64,000 bases of DNA from Ginglymostoma cirratum. Taxonomy: Eukaryota. Below the pieces are notes generated by a model, which ran no database searches, was not told the DNA's origin, and saw nothing but the letters and a program-made list of their open reading frames with translations. Shown here in pieces: positions 61,673-64,000 of this stretch (position 1 is its first letter; the number at the start of each line of letters is the position of its first letter). Both the position numbers and the translations under genes were made by a program. The DNA lies in assembly GCA_024137785.1 (NCBI GenBank), contig JAHRHZ010000085.1, positions 3,513,770 to 3,577,769 on the forward strand, in the 5' to 3' direction.

Positions 61673-62956
61673 TGTGTTTGCTTGGTTGATAGTTGCTGTG
61701 GCATTTCGGCCAAAGTGAAACCGGACCTTAGATGAATAACCGCACAGAGAGGTTCATCAGTTCTCATGCTATGTCCTTTCTCCTTTAAAATTGACCATTC
61801 AAATGTTGTCGCTTACTGGTGGAGAGAAGGTAGTAACAGCTTTCTGCAAGAGGACAGCAGAAAGTTACTCACTGTAGTTAGAGGAGCAGCCTATCTTCAT
61901 CTTCTGAATGTGACTGTCTGGGATGATGGAACATATTGCTGTGTTGTCCATTGTCAACATTAAACAGTTGGGAAAGAAACTGCTGTGCAACTTAATGGAT
62001 ATGGTATGTGTGACAGCAGACAAACATGGTGTCTTTGTTGCACTTGACATAAAACTTCAACTTCTTTAAAATGAAATTATCAACAGTGTAAGAAACTTGT
62101 AGAAACTGCCACAGTGTAAAAATTGCCATCTGCACTTGATTAGAAAATTATATTGAAATGTATCTTGCGCAGAATAGGTTAATACCAAATTTCGAAGCCA
62201 CCTATTTTTCTTTTCTAATCTAAGCATCGGGAAACAGTTTGAAAAGAGACAGATATTACCTACAGTATTGTAGATTTTGAATATCTGGTATCTAATTAAA
62301 ACTAAAATTTCTGTCCCCATCGTTTGGACTGTGGCTGTCGCAGTTTCTGTGATTGAGAATCCAGTTCCACACTGGTTGTTTTGAGAAGCATGCAGAATGA
62401 CATCCCAAATATATTTGTAATAATTTATATGTATATTGTTAAGATTAATTTTATTGAACTTGGAAACGGTGCATCAATCACTTTGTGGGGGTGCAGGGCG
62501 GTTGCCATATGTTAAATGTAATATTTTCTCGAAGCAAGTAATGGCTGCTACAGCAGAAACCGTGCCACGAGCTGACAGATAGTTTGTTCATTAATTCATT
62601 GAATCTCTGGAGTAGGATTCTAATGTTTAGATTTATCTCAGTTGTGTGATTGAGAATGCAGCTTCACCAGCTCCCCTGAAAATTATGCCAGTACTGTGAG
62701 AAGACGCTTCTTCAATTCTGCAGTGCAGGACTTCTGCCTTTTACCCAAAAGACTGAATCTTACTTGGTACAAAACAATACAAAAGTCTTGACTGGATTTA
62801 GAAATCAACAACAAGTAAACACCAACGGACTTCATGAGGCTGTCAGCACCTTAGAGGTGTCAGAGGCAGACGAATGTGACACAGTTTACACTTGTCAAGT
62901 GCATCACATGTCAAGCTCATTTCCAGGAAATGTCAGTTACACTATTGCAAAAGAAG
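61673..62956 (+). pseudogene. V(J)-C1 IgSF pseudogene, copy E
   Basis: V exon 61673-62003 (|gtatgt): ITAQRGSSVLMLCPFSFKIDHSNVVAYWWREG...AYLHLLNVTVWDDGTYCCVVHCQH*TVGKETAVQL. C1 exon 62662-62956: LQCRTSAFYPKD...W...VYTCQVHHMSS, with TGA and frameshifts. Confidence 0.85.
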
Positions 62957-64000
62957 TGTGGGGGTGACCTGTAACTGTCCATACAAAGTGCCCTGTCGCA
63001 GCTTCACTTAAGCAGCCCATGTTTGAAAGGCACAAAATGGTCGACAAGGATTAAAACAAAATGGGAAAGCCTGCTCCAGCATTTCAGTGAAATTAACTGG
63101 TACCTTCGAACAAGACTGTTCCAAGGTCAGCAAAAGTGTCTTACCACCGACCATCCGAGACAGTTCTGATAAAAAAGTGCCGAAGGATGGATAAGTAACT
63201 AATCCCAGCCGAAACGGAAGGGTGATGATCCCAGTAAACAAATAAAGAAAAATGTCATTCTCAGCCCAGCGAGATTAACTTTCTTTAACTTGCGAAAGAG
63301 CTGCAAAAATCTGCAGCGAAATTTGCTTTTCAGTAAATACTTGCATCTTTGAAACAACCTACGGTATTCAATAGACTCTCTTTATGAAGTCCTTAATCAT
63401 GGAAGTAGTTTTAACAAATAACCAAAGCATAAGACAAGCATGAGGGGGAAAGTAGTTAAATTTATATGTTAAAGTTAATTAGCCTCAGGAAACACTTTGT
63501 CTTCCCGCCTGAGCAAGACAGGTTGTTCACAACCCATTAATTACAAAGTGCTGACAGTACAAATAGGTGTACAACTTTACATTTTATAACTAACTTTATA
63601 ACAGAAATTAATCTGATAGCTGTTAGTTAAATCTAACTGTCTTTTGTATTTTTACTATGTAATTAGCACATTGGGAAATATTAGAGGATTGGCTGAATTT
63701 GATAAAAAGAAAACACATGTAATACAATGAATAATAGAACTCAAGCCTGAGACAGATCCGAAGGTGTGTCGCCAGTAACTTTGGAACGTGAATGAATAGG
63801 GTGTGTAGAAAGATCCCAAGGCCGAGAGATTACAATGTCTGGGAAACGCCATAAGATCATGGGAACCTGGGGCTGTCCATGGGATTGTCCATCCTTGATT
63901 AGGTGTCCCACGGGATTGCGCATATGGATTAATGGGGAAGGACAGTGACAAAGCTGTAATTGAATATTTTCATAGAAATAATGTAAAATGCTGTATTTTG
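62957..64000 (+). mobile_element. LTR-like element abutting the C1 exon (paralogue of 16141-17106; runs off the window)
   Basis: Same TGTGGGGGTGACC start and colinear similarity. Confidence 0.5.

Larger units (their letters stand above)
54704..64000 (+). repeat. Segmental duplication unit E (paralogue of 10300-16990)
   Basis: Colinear with unit A, plus unit-specific inserts at 57694-57910, 59234-61449 and ~63485-63745. Confidence 0.95.

Noticed and set aside
7301-62140. CACAGTG heptamers (e.g. 7301, 17394, 18702, 18997, 62110) as recombination signal sequences
   Set aside because: None of those checked has an ACAAAAACC-like nonamer at 12 or 23 nt, or abuts a V coding end.

Overview
This is eukaryotic, repeat-rich, non-coding-dominated DNA. 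It is almost certainly from a shark or other elasmobranch, judged from HE1-type V-SINEs, CR1/HER1 LINE tails and abundant Penelope-like elements (PLEs). I found no intact cellular protein-coding gene. Beneath the repeats lies a cluster of decayed immunoglobulin-superfamily genes. Four copies of a V(J)-C1(-TM) gene lie at about 14.8-16.1 kb (+), 31.3-32.9 kb (-), 52.8-54.3 kb (-) and 61.7-63.0 kb (+). There is also an orphan paralogous TM exon (23.0 kb) and several more diverged V-type exons (1.2-3.3, 10.4-11.4, 21, 35, 54.9-55.8 kb). The V exons encode their own G strand (J-like segment) and lack RSSs, so these are non-rearranging antigen-receptor-like genes. The cluster grew by segmental duplication (10.3-17.0 kb ~ 54.7-64.0 kb) and an inverted duplication (53.06-54.70 kb). 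Three endogenous retroviruses are present: an internally deleted class I (epsilon-like) provirus with both LTRs, PBS, PPT and a 4-bp TSD (40227-46979, -); an old class III (ERV-L/S-like) provirus with an env remnant nested in a CR1 (25318-~30618, +); and an env + 3' LTR remnant (~5.4-7.1 kb, +). Many PLE insertions form head-to-head palindromes whose arms carry minimal hammerhead-ribozyme motifs. All calls come from reading and hand-translating the sequence; no database search was run.
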